The notes below the pieces were generated by a model. The model was given only the letters and a program-made list of their open reading frames with translations. It did not search any database and was not told the DNA's origin. The position numbers were made by a program, and so were the translations under genes. From Chiloscyllium plagiosum (Eukaryota): a stretch of DNA of 20,000 nucleotides. The DNA lies in the NCBI RefSeq assembly GCF_004010195.1, contig NC_057719.1, positions 11,419,100 through 11,439,099 on the forward strand, given 5' to 3'. The stretch's first letter is position 1. The number at the start of each line of letters is the position of its first letter. Shown one piece after another: positions 1 through 11,789 of this stretch.

Positions 1-89
1 TGCTGTTGTAGATTTTGGTGAAATACTGTTCATTCACTATACTTCTATTGGCTAAAATCTGAGCCATAAAAACATAAATTTTTACTCTT

Positions 90-310
90 CTGAAATTAAA
101 ATCTCAATTACTGGAGAAACTCGGGTGTAATAGCATAAGATAAGAGAGAAACAAGAGTTAACATTTTGAATCTAATGTGACTTCTTCAGAAGCTTTGAGT
201 CTCTGGATGCAAAAGGTCTTTCTCCACAGATACGACCAGATCTGTTGAGTTTTTCCAGAACTTCGTATTTTTGTTTCGATCTCCAGCATCCAAAGTAATT
301 TATTTTTATT
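90..310. mobile_element. Decayed inverted-arm repeat, probably derived from a Penelope-like element terminal repeat
   Basis: Arms ctggagaaactc (111-122) and gagtttttccag (247-258) are reverse complements with 1 mismatch. Minus strand has CTGAAGA-stem-CAAAA, a hammerhead-core-like remnant; ends in ctccagcatc like the 12468-12610 insert. Confidence 0.55.
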
Positions 311-737
311 TGACTATCATTCAAATTGCTTGGCTTATATCAGTGCATATTATGATTGAAGGGTTCCATGCAATGTACTGTCACGTCATCATCTTCAGCT
401 GCACAGCTGCTCCTTGACTTTGAGAGACTAAACTTGAAGCTCTTCAGGTCAGAGTGTGTTCAATGCTGAGGAACATAATACTATCTCAAACTGCGATGGA
501 GCTTAGTGGATGCAGTCCTGAGAAAATCACTACATGGTATGTGACTAATAAAACAACAGTGCTCCCAATTACAGTCCCTGTACATTTGGCAATATAGCCT
601 GATAACCTCCCGCTTTACACTGATACAAATGCAGGTCCTTGAAGCTCCTGATTTCCATCACTCATTACTCCCTGTTTTTCTAAAATGCAACAATCAGATT
701 GAGCACATTTTTATGTTTATCGCAGTGCCCCATCAAA

Positions 738-848
738 GGGTTCTTGTAATGCAGTGGTAGTGTCCCTACCTCTGAGCAAAGAGGCCTGGGTTCAAGTCTT
801 CCCCCCCACCCCCCACTCCAGAGATATGTAGGTCAATTGGAAAATATC
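738..848 (+). mobile_element. Short tRNA-derived SINE (head)
   Basis: Pol III A-box-like tgcagtggtag and B-box gggttcaagtc at tRNA-like spacing; no complete cloverleaf. Confidence 0.65.
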
Positions 849-1448
849 CAAAGCTTTATCAGAAGAAGGTGGGTCAGCTGTTCCTGTACTCAAATCAGGT
901 TAACCTTTTATATTGGGGTAAACATCTAAACAATTGATTTCATGTGCAAAGGGAAGCATATCAATAAATATAAGGGCCTTTCAACATCTTATGCAAAAAA
1001 AAAGTTTCAATTTTCCAAATAGCCTCCCAAGAAAGTTAATGGAGGAGTTATGGCAACAGTCGCTATAATTAGATAGGGGTACGTTGCTTGGAGAGTGCAT
1101 TGTTTGAAAACTGCATTGGGGTCACTGTGAGAAAGAAAACTACCTGGATATCACTGTTTGTTACCTTGAAGAATGTGATAACTTTGGCCAAATGTATAAT
1201 TGTGAGAATCAATAGGTAATACTTGGGAGTTAGCACTAGTTACACTATGAGACAAAATCTGCGTGCTGTTCCTGTGGTTACTTTTATAAAAATAAAAGCT
1301 TTTCATTTCCAAAATAAATATGATAATGTTAAGTATGCTTCATATAATGTAAATGGCCGTAATTAATTTGCCCTGCACCATCTTGCATGTGACTTGCGTT
1401 TCCCGGTGTTTGATGATTTAAGATTTGGTGTTTATTTTCTTCTTCCAG

Positions 1449-1610
1449 GATTTTGGCGATGGAGGTGCATTCCCAGAGGTCCACATGGCACAATTTCCAT
1501 TGGAAATGGGTCGCAAGAAAAAGGCATCCAATGCATTGGCTATTCAAGTGGATGCAGAAGGAAAAATCAAATTTGATGCCATTGCTAGACAAGGACAGTC
1601 AAAAGACAAG
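1449..1610 (+). CDS. SNW1: SNW1/SKIP coding exon (human exon 3 equivalent); exons 1-2 lie upstream of the window
   Basis: ttccag|GAT...AAG|gtacca, 162 nt. Translates DFGDGGAFPEVHMAQFPLEMGRKKKASNALAIQVDAEGKIKFDAIARQGQSKDK, near-identical to vertebrate SNW1. Confidence 0.97.
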
Positions 1611-1912
1611 GTACCACAATATGCATCATGCTGTCAGTCCAATTCCTATCCACTGACCTGTTAAATTACCGTCTTCCATTTCTAGCAGCAGAATTGAAGT
1701 ACCATCTGGGCAGTTCGTATTAATGTGAATTAATGCTCCAACATTCAGTTTTTTGCGCTGTCCCAACCAATGTTTCTTTAAATTACACAACATCTGTGAA
1801 GTGATGGGTAATGGGTTCCATCTTTCATTAGAATATTTGTTATACAGTTCTGAGACAAACTGAAATAGCTTTTACTGATAGTTGAAAAACAATTTATTTC
1901 TTCCCTGTACAG

Positions 1913-2008
1913 GTGATCTACAGCAAGTTTACAGATCTGATTCCAAAAGAAATTATCAACGAAGATGATCCTGAATTGCAGAGACCTGACGAAGATAGTA
2001 TAAAGGAG
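1913..2008 (+). CDS. SNW1: SNW1 coding exon (exon 4 equivalent)
   Basis: gtacag|GTG...GAG|gtatgt, 96 nt; VIYSKFTDLIPKEIINEDDPELQRPDEDSIKE. Confidence 0.96.
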
Positions 2009-2348
2009 GTATGTGTATTTATTGCTGTGCTGGTATTTGTATTGGCATGAGATGTATTGCTGTCAGGAATAAATATGAAATGATGAGGTACTTGATAGAA
2101 ACATGTTGGAAGTGTTGTCACAATGATGGGGTTGGAGGAGATTTTAAAGAGTTCTGTAAGCATGAAGTAAGGAAATGGAATCTGAGTGGAATGTCTACCA
2201 ATATGTAAGAATGAAACAAGGGATTAGGTTTCATAAAGTGACTTATCACCCATTGAGTACATTGGAATGATCTAGTATAGAATAGGTACAGTACAAAGAC
2301 TGATCCTGTCCTTGTTCCATATATTGCAGTTTGCGAGGTCAACTTTGC

Positions 2349-2400
2349 CCCCACACACACAAACACACACCCCTTCCTCTCTTTCCCCCCCCCCCCCCCC
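2349..2400. repeat. Short imperfect (CA)n plus pyrimidine/poly-C tract
   Basis: ccacacacacaaacacacacc...tttcccccccccccccccc. Confidence 0.8.
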
Positions 2401-3228
2401 ATCTCTTTATGAAAGGTCTTATATTAAGCTGCAATATTCTGTTTATCTGCATTAACTCACTGGATTAAAAAATGTCATGAACACTTTGAGATATTTCAAT
2501 GCTGATAGATCTAATTTTTCATGTTACCATTAAATACATATTCTACACATATTACAGAGATTGAGTCTGAGCCAATTGACCCAGTGAGACACAAAGAAAT
2601 AATATGTAGGAGTTAAAGTTTGCAGTTAACTCTCTCTTTTTGTTTTCATTTCAGAGCAGTCTGATTGCTCAGTTGGCAGATATATATGGTATGGCTGTTG
2701 CAATTGGCTATATTGCTAATATATAGAGAAGAAGCATCACTGTTTTGCCATTCCTGATTGTAGCCTTCTGATATTAATAGTTAAGATCTTCACATGAATG
2801 ACCGCTGGAGTGAGGCCTCCCAATAATTACGGTGGTGGAATTGGAATCTAGGGAGACTTTTAATGTCAGAATGAATACTTTTCAGCACTACTGATAATTG
2901 TGTCCTAGAGTAGATAGTGCCTGTGCTGTCTGTCTGAAACAAAATTGCCAAATCTATATTGTTGGAAAAAAAGACTTGAATAAGATTATGTACGTAACTA
3001 TTGAAAATGGGTGGTATCATATGTGTTGTGACATGTTCTTTCTAGCACCTTGGTTTTAAGATTAAAATGATTCGGCAGCTGAATCTGCTTTATGTAAAAC
3101 AACCAATTAATTAATAATAATGAAGTTTGGAGACAGAATTGTTTCATTGTTTGGATTGTTGAATAAATGAAAGCTGGAGGATCAGAAGTGCATATTAATC
3201 TTCTAAATTGTCTTTATCTTCATTGCAG

Positions 3229-3335
3229 TTGACTGAAAAGACACGTTCAGCTCTTGAAAAACAGGTTTCACAGAAGGTTGCAGCAGCTATGCCTGTTCGG
3301 GCAGCTGAGAAACTCGCTCCTGCGCAGTACATCAG
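3229..3335 (+). CDS. SNW1: SNW1 coding exon (exon 5 equivalent)
   Basis: ttgcag|TTG...CAG|gttaga, 107 nt; LTEKTRSALEKQVSQKVAAAMPVRAAEKLAPAQYI(R). Confidence 0.96.
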
Positions 3336-4199
3336 GTTAGAAAAATTACTCAGCTGGTATCTATTTTGGCTGTAAGAGTGAGCGCACTGACCAAGAAGTT
3401 CGTGCATCTGTCTTCTGCAGTGCTTGGGTGTGATATCTGATTGCATAGCTGTAATGACCTCAGATTAGTTGGAAAGTGATAGAGTGGAAGCTTAAGTGTA
3501 TTCCCCTCTAAAGGAGGAAGGGGTACATCTCACAACAGATTCTTCCTGCAGTGTCAGCTTGGTGACTGTGACCATTGACACTTCAAATGCTCAAATGTTC
3601 TAGTGTACTATATTCACGTTGGCTCCAAAACATCAACATAGCCAATCAGCTATCCATGTTCTTCTAAGGTAACAAATGGATAATGATGAGAAAAGAAGCA
3701 GCTTTCTCAATTCTGGTGTCATTGGCTGATCCTGGCTGACTCTTGCCTCAATTTGTTCCCTCCGCCTGAATACTTGATACCTAACAAAAATTTAACAGTT
3801 GGAATCTTGAAAATTGAAAGTGACCTGGTATTCTGCTTTTTTGGGGGGGAAACGGATGGCAGATTTTCATATCCATGTCCTAGTTTCAATTCTAAATGAT
3901 CCAGCCTTAATTTACAGATTATGTTCCTTTGTTCTAAGAGGTGGTGGTATGTGTGTGTTTGGGGATTGGGGGGGTGAGAAAATGAATCACAATATAACTG
4001 AATACAGTATTAACATTGGAAATTATATACTCCAGTCACAAACAATAATCTTAGCTAAAGTCAGTTATGTAGGCATTAGTAGGTGTGGCTAAAACTGAAT
4101 GATTAAATAGACCAAAATTATGGCAATATAAATAATGGGCAAATATTTAGTGAAATGTTCAACAGAATTCATTCCATTTTTTAAAAATTCTTAACAAGA

Positions 4200-4767
4200 T
4201 AGATCTATTCTTGGCTTACAAAGAAAGTTAAGTATTGAAATAAAAGAAGAGGCTTATAATGTTTTGGAAACCAGCAAAGGGCAACCAAAAAGTTGATAAC
4301 AAGGGTATAAATAGAAAATGGGTTGCAAGAGATTGTGCAAGGGGAGAAAAGATGAAAAGCTAAAATAACTGGTGGGCCCTTAGAGGCAGAGAAAGAAGAA
4401 ATTATCATCACGATTGAAGAAATGACCGAGACGTTGAACAAATATTTTGTGTCCGTCTTTAGAAGATAAATTACATACCAGAAACAGGGTGGCCAATACG
4501 GGCCAATTAGAGTGAGGAATGTGAAGTAATTAAAAGTTTTTAATGCGAAACATTGTGAATACTTGGAATTTTTTTACCCTGTAACGTTGTGGATATGCCA
4601 TCATTGAATATATTTAAGGCTGATATAGACAGATTGGTTTCTCAGAGAGTCAAGGGCCACAGGTGTAAAAGTGGAGTTGAGACAATAGATCTGCCATGAT
4701 TGTTTTGTGTATGGGTACAACATTGGGGAACCACATGGTCTACTCAACCCTTGTCTCTTATGTTCTT
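4200..4767 (+). mobile_element. Old CR1-type LINE fragments (ORF2 tether region and 3' end)
   Basis: GPLEAEKEEIIITIEEMTETLNKYFVSVF resembles the CR1 'A..LN.YF.SVF' motif; CR1-like 3' end (tggaatt...atatttaaggctgatatagacagatt...cttatgttctt). Confidence 0.7.
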
Positions 4768-4779
4768 GGGTCAAGATTG

Positions 4780-5450
4780 GAAGAGTACAGAGAGTTTGTG
4801 AAGTTATAAATACTGGGAGAGGCAAGTGAAAAGAATGAGAATTTTGAAGTTGGGACCTTACCAGGTCGGCAAGCATAAGTATGATGACTGAAGGGGATGT
4901 TAGTCAGAGTTAAGATTCAGGCAGCAGAATTTTCAGTAAGCTTGAGTTGATGTAGGCTGGGAGATACTGCTAGGAAATCATTAAAATAGTCAAATCCAAA
5001 GATAACTGACATGGATGAGGGTTTTGGCAGAGGATGAGATGATGGGTTCTGGTTGAGGTTACAAAGCTGTAAATGAGTGAACTTGGTAATTGGGTCAGAC
5101 TTATTGTCTGAGTTCATCTTAAGGTTAAAAATGACACCCAAATTGAGAGAGATGTTTTTCAGCCTCAGAGTTACCAGTGTATTGTTACCTAGAGATTGGG
5201 ATGTGTGACAAGAAGCCAAATGCAATGGCTTCAGTTTTTGTAACACTTGGCTGAAGGATCTCTACTCGCCCATTACTGGAGTCAGACTAGCAATGTGACA
5301 GACCAGTGACAATGAGGGCTTGAGAGAGGGGTAGTAGCAAAATAGAGCTGGTTTTACACTTATGTTGTGCTCACCGGAGAGCAGCATGCAAGTAAGAAGT
5401 ATGAGAACAGCAAGATGATCATTGGCGACATCAACATTAACGGAACAGGA
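4780..5450 (-). mobile_element. Old L2-type LINE reverse-transcriptase fragment
   Basis: Minus translation includes NLGVIF..MN and FDYFNDFLA...LKLTENSAA, degenerate L2 motifs 'NLGVIFD' and 'LDYCNSLL...LQLIQNSAA'. Confidence 0.7.
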
Positions 5451-5505
5451 GCAGGAAGGAGTTATCTGTACAGCTTTTTCATTTTTCTTTCTTTGTTGTG
5501 CTCAG

Positions 5506-5610
5506 ATACACTCCTTCCCAACAAGGCGTTGCTTTCAACTCAGGGGCTAAACAGAGAGTTATCAGGATGGTGGAAATGCAAAAGGACCCAATGGAACCAC
5601 CTCGATTCAA
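5506..5610 (+). CDS. SNW1: SNW1 coding exon (exon 6 equivalent)
   Basis: gctcag|ATAC...TTCAA|gtaagt, 105 nt; YTPSQQGVAFNSGAKQRVIRMVEMQKDPMEPPRF(K). Confidence 0.97.
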
Positions 5611-5927
5611 GTAAGTAAATAGAGGAGACTTTTCAGTGGTGCAGTTTTTTTTGATGATTCACAATGGTTTTGCTGTTACTTAACAGCAAATGTAAAACTC
5701 AGAATTCTATGAACTCTGTATGCTGACTTTCAAGGGTCCCAGCATGACATTTCTATGTGATCAGACATGACATTGGGCAGTGTGCTTCTTTGGCAGTTTT
5801 ACATCCACTAATTATTATGCACTGCCTTTCAGTGCTGAGATTGGCAACTGTATTGTGTTTCTGATTCCTCTGTTACTGCTTGGCATGTTACTGCTGACCA
5901 GTGCTGTTCTGTCATATTTGTGTTTAG

Positions 5928-5997
5928 GATTAACAAGAAGATTCCTCGAGGTCCCCCATCACCACCTGCACCTGTCATGCACTCACCAAGCAGAAAG
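5928..5997 (+). CDS. SNW1: SNW1 coding exon (exon 7 equivalent; proline-rich PPSPPAP segment)
   Basis: gtttag|GATT...AAG|gtaagg, 70 nt; INKKIPRGPPSPPAPVMHSPSRK. Confidence 0.97.
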
Positions 5998-6519
5998 GTA
6001 AGGCAACAATCAACTAATGCAAAATAATAGTGCTTGCCAGCATTTCATTGGGACTTTACAGCAGTTTAACACAACAGCAGAAATAGTCAGTCCAGCTGTT
6101 GTCATATCTTTATTGAAACCTGACTGAAAAGTAAATTTGGATGGCTCCACAGCTCTGGGAGTAATTAATTAAACCTTGCATCAGAATAATGACATTGATG
6201 CCATTCAAACTTGATTACTGCAGATGAATTAAAAGTTGCTATGTTATCTTTTGCCAGAAAGGTAAAACTTGCCAAATCTAATACATGTGCAGTGATAGAT
6301 CAGATCAGCAATTACTGCTAACAGCCCAAAATGCCTTGAAACTTTCAATGGTGAAACAAAATACTTTGCAGCAAAGCAACTCACAACCTTACTTTTAAAA
6401 TATGTTTGATTTTCTTGGGCAATCTGGGGCTGGATTAAAGGTAATAATTACTGAAACAATCAAATATCTAAAAGATATGAATGTTGCTGTGCACTCTGAG
6501 GGGTATTGAGGGTCAAATA

Positions 6520-6728
6520 TTCATAGTCACAGGATAGTCATAGCACAGGACAGCCATCGTATTTGCATTGGCCCTTCAAATGCAGTGTCATTCATCTGCC
6601 TGCTCCCTGTAATGCTGCACATTTTACCTTTTAAGAAAAGTCTAATTCCCGTTAGCATAACATGATTGAACCAACCTCACACACTCAGGCATGACATTGC
6701 AGATGCCAATCACTCACTACATTAAAAA
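6520..6728 (-). mobile_element. Decayed CR1 LINE 3' end
   Basis: atagtcatagcacagg...ccatc tail complement followed by ...ggcatgacattgcagatgccaatcactc, a typical antisense CR1 3' end. Confidence 0.55.
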
Positions 6729-7189
6729 TGACTTGGAACCACCAGACATTTGCATAATCCATTTTTCAACTTATTGTTCTGTCAATCTGTCTCCTTCCAA
6801 ATCATGAAAATAGTGATCCAAGTGAATTACATGTGTCCACTTGTTTTCTAAGGTGTAACAGCAACCTATTTTGATCATTGCAGCTGGCTCTCATTCACAG
6901 GCATGGTAGTAAGAGATGCTAGATAACAATTGATGGGCCAATAACTAAATTGGATCATTGTGAGATGATCAAAAGATCAAAGACATGGGCTGGAGTTTAT
7001 TATTTTAAAACATAGAGCTGTCATTAGAACAGACAGTCAATATTAGCTTTTAACAGGCAAGTGGATGAAAATAAAATACCTAAAAGATGTGAGCAAAGCT
7101 AATTAACTGGATCAAATAACAATTTGCACTGCTGTAACCTCTGGCTGTTTGTCACCCTAACACCAAAATACTGAGCCTCTTAAGGATGT

Positions 7190-7480
7190 GTCAGGCTGAC
7201 ATTACTGTACACTGATTTCTTGAATGAAGCCAAAGTGGCATCTCCTGGCTACATAGAACAAAGGATCACATGTTACTACTTAAACAGGTGGCACTTCTGA
7301 GTGTTCTAAATTCTCTCACCTTGACCATTTAACTGAGTCATTTAGTTAACTGTTTCTGAGATCTTGCTGGTTACACATTCACCTGCGTAACAACAGTTTT
7401 CAAGTAGTTGCAAATTAAAAATAATTCAGAACAAATGCTTTGTGATGTGCATTTGAGAATGTTGTTTTTTTCTTTCCTAA
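7190..7480 (+). mobile_element. Highly degraded Deu-domain SINE (SacSINE1-like)
   Basis: Ordered blocks aggctgaca, aaaggatcacatg, ctgtttctgagatcttgctg, taacaacagt resemble the recalled DeuSINE consensus. Confidence 0.45.
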
Positions 7481-7599
7481 ATGATAAAACCCTTAAGCTG
7501 CCATAATAATATATTTATTTCATCAAGTCAGTTCTGTTGTGAAATTCCTTGTTTGAACTCGTTGGTTCCTTTAATACCGCATTTTGATCTCTGTTTTAG

Positions 7600-7665
7600 A
7601 TGACTGTGAAAGAACAGCAAGAGTGGAAGATTCCTCCATGCATATCAAACTGGAAGAACGCAAAG
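7600..7665 (+). CDS. SNW1: SNW1 coding exon (exon 8 equivalent; SNWKN signature)
   Basis: ttttag|ATG...AAG|gtaaac, 66 nt; MTVKEQQEWKIPPCISNWKNAK contains the family-defining SNWKN motif. Confidence 0.98.
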
Positions 7666-7819
7666 GTAAACAAAAAGTCTCACCTTTTTGTATTTACTTA
7701 TAAGTATTTGTATCTGGTGTAAACTTAATTATAATTCAGTTTTAACTTCAAATTTGCCAATAAACCCAATGAAAAATGTGAAATAATTCAGATGGTGTTA
7801 TTGGGTTGGTAATTTTGTT

Positions 7820-8193
7820 CTTTGTTTCATGAAATGTCAGCATCAGTGGAAAGGTCAGTGTTTGTTATTCATCTCTAATTGCCTTTGAACTGAGTGGCTT
7901 GCTGAACCATTTCAGAGAACATGTAAGAGATAACAAGCTTTCTCTAGGTCTGAAATTCCATTTTGACCAGACCAGGCAAGGACAGCAGATTTCCTTCCCT
8001 TAAGGGCTTTGGTAAACTCGATGGTTTATATGATTGTTTCATGATGCTGGTACTGAAATCTGCTTTCTATTCCATATCTATTAATTGAATTTTTAATTAT
8101 AACAGCTGTGGTGGTATTTGAATCTATATTTCCAAAGCCTTTGTCTTTGGATTATTAACCTAGTCATATTACCCCTAAACCATCATCTTTCCC
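7820..8193 (-). mobile_element. tRNA-derived SINE with LINE-derived 3' tail
   Basis: Minus strand: A/B-box-like head near 8190-8115, core aagggaaggaaatctgctgtccttgcctggtctgg, and a tail similar to the 3' end of the LINE at 13681-13745. Confidence 0.7.
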
Positions 8194-9391
8194 TAAAATA
8201 AAATTCACCTTGTTCAGTTCAGTGCAAAAAAATGCCGTAAGTAATAAATGTTTAATTGAGACTCAATTAAAAGCTTCAGCGTAAGATGTGTCTTAAAGAG
8301 TGTGCTCTGCCATAAGAAAGTTGAACTTGCATTTGCAGAGATCTTAATATCACTAGCTAATTTGGATAAAATTTAATCCATTGACATTCTAAAAACTGAA
8401 CTGGTGATATATATTTAGCTTTGAGTACCCTAGGGAAAAAAACTTTTAGCACAGAAGATAGTACTGCAGTTTGAAAAATGAGGATTGGTCATGTGGATCA
8501 AGAAGTACTAACCACCTATAGGAAGGAAATAGGAGTGTGGGACTTAGTAAAGATCAGTCTCCTCTCAGTCTGCCTTACACTGAACTAACCCAAATCCCAC
8601 ATTTGCCTCTGACTATACCAATCACTGATTTTGATTTAAGTTGATCTCAGCAAAATACAGTGCTTGAGGTACACACATGGAAGGCCTCTCTCAATGAGCT
8701 AGATGTCCTCAGCATCTCTGCTTACAGGAAATTTGTCAACCTGATAGAACCTCTACAGAATATCCCCTTAGGGTAAATGTTCTTGTCATTATGTTCAGTT
8801 AGGATTGTACAAATGTTTCTGAATCTGCTGAAATGTGACTCCAGGCTCATACCAAGGAAGTTGAAAATTGCACTTAATTGAAATGTTGAACCAAGGCTTC
8901 AGTGGTTTATCCGTAATTAAACAAAAATAATTCATTCACCTACACTAATATATTGACAAGCTTTATCGTTCAGTGAAGAGCTACTCCAATAAACTCTTAA
9001 TATTTGTATTCAGTATTTTGTTGATTTCTTAGCATTGAATTTCTGTGTAAAACTTTGTAGTATATTTGGACTGAGGACAGCAGCCAGTTCTTGAATTGGT
9101 AGGATTTTCTTCCCTCTGGTCCAGAAGACTTAACTCGTGAAGTTTACATTGCCGATCAAAAGGCATGGAGACTTCCAAATGAGACTGTACAACTCCTTAT
9201 CGAAAGCCTCATTAAAATAACAGGTGAAAGTTGAAAATTGAGACTCCTGAACTGAGTTAGCTGGCCAGACCTTTAGGATCTGCATTCCCTTTTTTTTATT
9301 AAAAAGGGTTTGTGTTGCCTTAATTATCTGATTGAGGTACTGGATGCACCATTTTTTTTTACAACTCTGCATTGTGCACTTTGTGTTCCAG

Positions 9392-9508
9392 GGCTATACA
9401 ATTCCTTTGGACAAACGTCTGGCTGCTGATGGCCGAGGACTTCAAACGGTTCACATTAATGAGAACTTTGCTAAGCTTGCAGAGGCTCTTTACATTGCAG
9501 ACAGAAAG
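9392..9508 (+). CDS. SNW1: SNW1 coding exon (exon 9 equivalent)
   Basis: ttccag|GGC...AAG|gtaaat, 117 nt; GYTIPLDKRLAADGRGLQTVHINENFAKLAEALYIADRK. Confidence 0.98.
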
Positions 9509-9633
9509 GTAAATTTTTTTTGAACTTCTGAAATGTTGTGAGATATAAGCTAGTTTGTGCGATCTCCATGCTTAACCTATTAAGGTCATTAGAAGCAATT
9601 CTATTCCCTAGCTGACTTATGTTCTGTACACAG

Positions 9634-9775
9634 GCTCGTGAAGCTGTAGAGATGCGAGCACAAGTTGAAAGGAAAATGGCTCAAAAGGAGAAAGAGAAGA
9701 AGGAGGAGAAGCTCCGAGAATTGGCTCAGATTGCCAGGGAGAGGAGAGCTGGTATCAAGACTCATATAGAAAAAG
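9634..9775 (+). CDS. SNW1: SNW1 coding exon (exon 10 equivalent)
   Basis: acacag|GCT...AAAG|gtatga, 142 nt; AREAVEMRAQVERKMAQKEKEKKEEKLRELAQIARERRAGIKTHIEK. Confidence 0.97.
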
Positions 9776-10492
9776 GTATGAGACATTTGTAAAGGAAGAC
9801 CTACATTTGCATTGCATCCATCTTATTGTGCCTCCATTTCACAAACTTGTAATTCTTTTAAGTTCAAAGACTGCCAAGTAAACTTTTTTGAGAGCAGAAA
9901 GCACCCTGATGTTGTAGATTATTAAATCTGCTTTCTACAAAATTGTTGGCAACTACATATTCAGTATTGATTAGCTATGTTTCCTTTATAGTTCAAATCC
10001 TTAAATGAGCATATGTTTTGTTAAGAAAATGTAAATGCAACTTCAAAAATAAAATCAGCCCAGTTTCATGTTTTAGTGCCACTCTTGGGCAATCTGTTGT
10101 CCCGAGCTAATGTTACTCAAACCAGTATGTGCAGACAATGTAATCAGTTTATTACCACCTTTTCAAGCTCTGGCCTCCAAAAGGTTATAATCTTGGTTTG
10201 GTGTTGACCATGTGACTTATGTATGTTCTTAAGGACATCACAAACAGAAAATAACTGCATGATGCAACAAATCTGAGTCATTTAAGGGGTTTGTTTTATT
10301 TCTAATTTGTAAACTTCCTTAAACCATTAATTTGCATCCCGTTGAAGGAGAATACATCCAAAATGTTTTCATTTCTATTTATTTCAAAAGTCTGACCTTC
10401 AGTAGTCTAACACAAAGGGTAGCCTTCATTTGTTTAAACAAAAATCATTTTTTATATTTTATTCATAAAAGTATTGGGTTTTTTTTCTAAAG

Positions 10493-10589
10493 AGGAAAAT
10501 GAGACAAGAGAGCGAGATGAAATTCGACATGAAAGACGAAAAGAACGACAGCATGATCGCAATCTTGCTCGAGCTGCCCCAGATAAGAG
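10493..10589 (+). CDS. SNW1: SNW1 coding exon (exon 11 equivalent)
   Basis: ttctaaag|AGGAA...AGAG|gtacct, 97 nt; (E)ENETRERDEIRHERRKERQHDRNLARAAPDK(R). The frame is preserved only with the AAG acceptor ending at 10492. Confidence 0.94.
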
Positions 10590-10734
10590 GTACCTAAGAA
10601 TTAATAGATAACAATTATGATAAATTTTTGACAAATGTTGCTTATTTGAGCATTGGATCAGTGCATGTTATAGAAAGTAACATGATTTTCCCACCTCAAA
10701 ACCTTTGGCCTAGAGGTTATCACTTTTATTTCTA

Positions 10735-11160
10735 GAAAGAAACTTACAATTATATAGTACCTTTCACATCCTGCAGGTTTATAGGCAGGGAGTGCACTCA
10801 CTGCTATTTTCTAGGCTTGTAGTGAAATATAGTATTCATCTTGAACACAGCAAGGCTCCACATGCAGCATTGACAAAAGTAACAAGTTAATGTTTTGGTG
10901 GTCATCTTTGACATATCATTATTTGACTATGCATCAGAAAATCCCTTCTCTTTCAAATATTGACGTGGAATCTTAGCCTGTTAAGCATATAAGCCCAGTA
11001 CTACTTGTGAAAGACATTCTTCTTTTACAAAAACTTCTATGCTGGTAATACTCCATTGAAATATCAGCATGGCTTTTGTGCTTAAGTCTCTAGAATGGTC
11101 CTTGACTCCACAACACCCTGGCTTTGAGTAGACAGTGTTACCACTGAGCACAGGCTGACA
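10735..11160 (-). mobile_element. Deu-domain SINE (SacSINE1-like), near full length, diverged
   Basis: Minus strand starts tgtcagcctgtgctcagtggtaacact (tRNA-like head), has a central Deu-like segment (aagattccacgtcaatatttgaaagagaaggg) and ends in an L2-like tail (aaaggtactatataattgtaagtttctttc). Confidence 0.65.
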
Positions 11161-11366
11161 TTAGTAAAGGCTATTGGAAGCAATGTAAGTTCATCTTTCG
11201 AGCCAACTGGTATAATTTCAGATATGCCTGATATAATGTTTTAGTTAAGTGAGGGTTAGCAATTTTGTAATTGTGGAGAATGAAGCTTTCTAATATCCTC
11301 TAACCTGCAACACCATTTTGTGCACTAAATCTGCTGTATAAGTCATTCTACTTATTTAAATATCAG

Positions 11367-11484
11367 GTCCAAACTGCAAAGGGATCAGGACCGAGACATC
11401 AGTGAACTAATTGCCTTGGGTGTACCAAATCCACGTGCATCAACTGAAATACAGTATGACCAAAGACTCTTCAATCAGAACAAG
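11367..11484 (+). CDS. SNW1: SNW1 coding exon (exon 12 equivalent)
   Basis: tatcag|GTCC...AAG|gtaaac, 118 nt; SKLQRDQDRDISELIALGVPNPRASTEIQYDQRLFNQNK. Confidence 0.96.
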
Positions 11485-11789
11485 GTAAACTAAAGTGGTT
11501 GTTACAAAAGAATATCGGTGGTTTATGCAGTTATCTGTCTTATTCTTCTTCATGGGATTGTCTGGAAAATTTGCTGGTGCTTTAATAGGTTTACCCAGTT
11601 GGCTAAGTTTCGCTTCAGTTTAACATCAAATGAACAGCGAAGACATGCACTTGTTACCTTTAGTCTTACTCCAACACTCACCAGCTGGCCACCACCTCCT
11701 CTCCCCCTGTGAATCGTAAACAGTAATCGCCCCAGCAAAGGCCAAAATTTGTAATTCTCTAAAAATTTACTTTTTTTTCTCCTTGAAAC

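Noticed and set aside
738..810. tRNA gene
   Set aside because: A and B boxes are present, but there is no acceptor stem or full cloverleaf; it fits a SINE head.
2080..2185. C/D snoRNA (ATGATGA ... CTGA)
   Set aside because: No terminal stem or recognisable guide; the purine-rich sequence looks like decayed repeat.
5774..5829. ggcagtgt...gcactgcc hairpin with a miR-34/449-like seed
   Set aside because: Only ~10 bp pair and the rest of the arms do not; too poor for a pre-miRNA, and no H/ACA boxes are apparent.
6869..6974. 10-bp inverted repeat ttttgatcat/atgatcaaaa
   Set aside because: The interior does not pair and there is no target duplication; expected by chance in AT-rich DNA.
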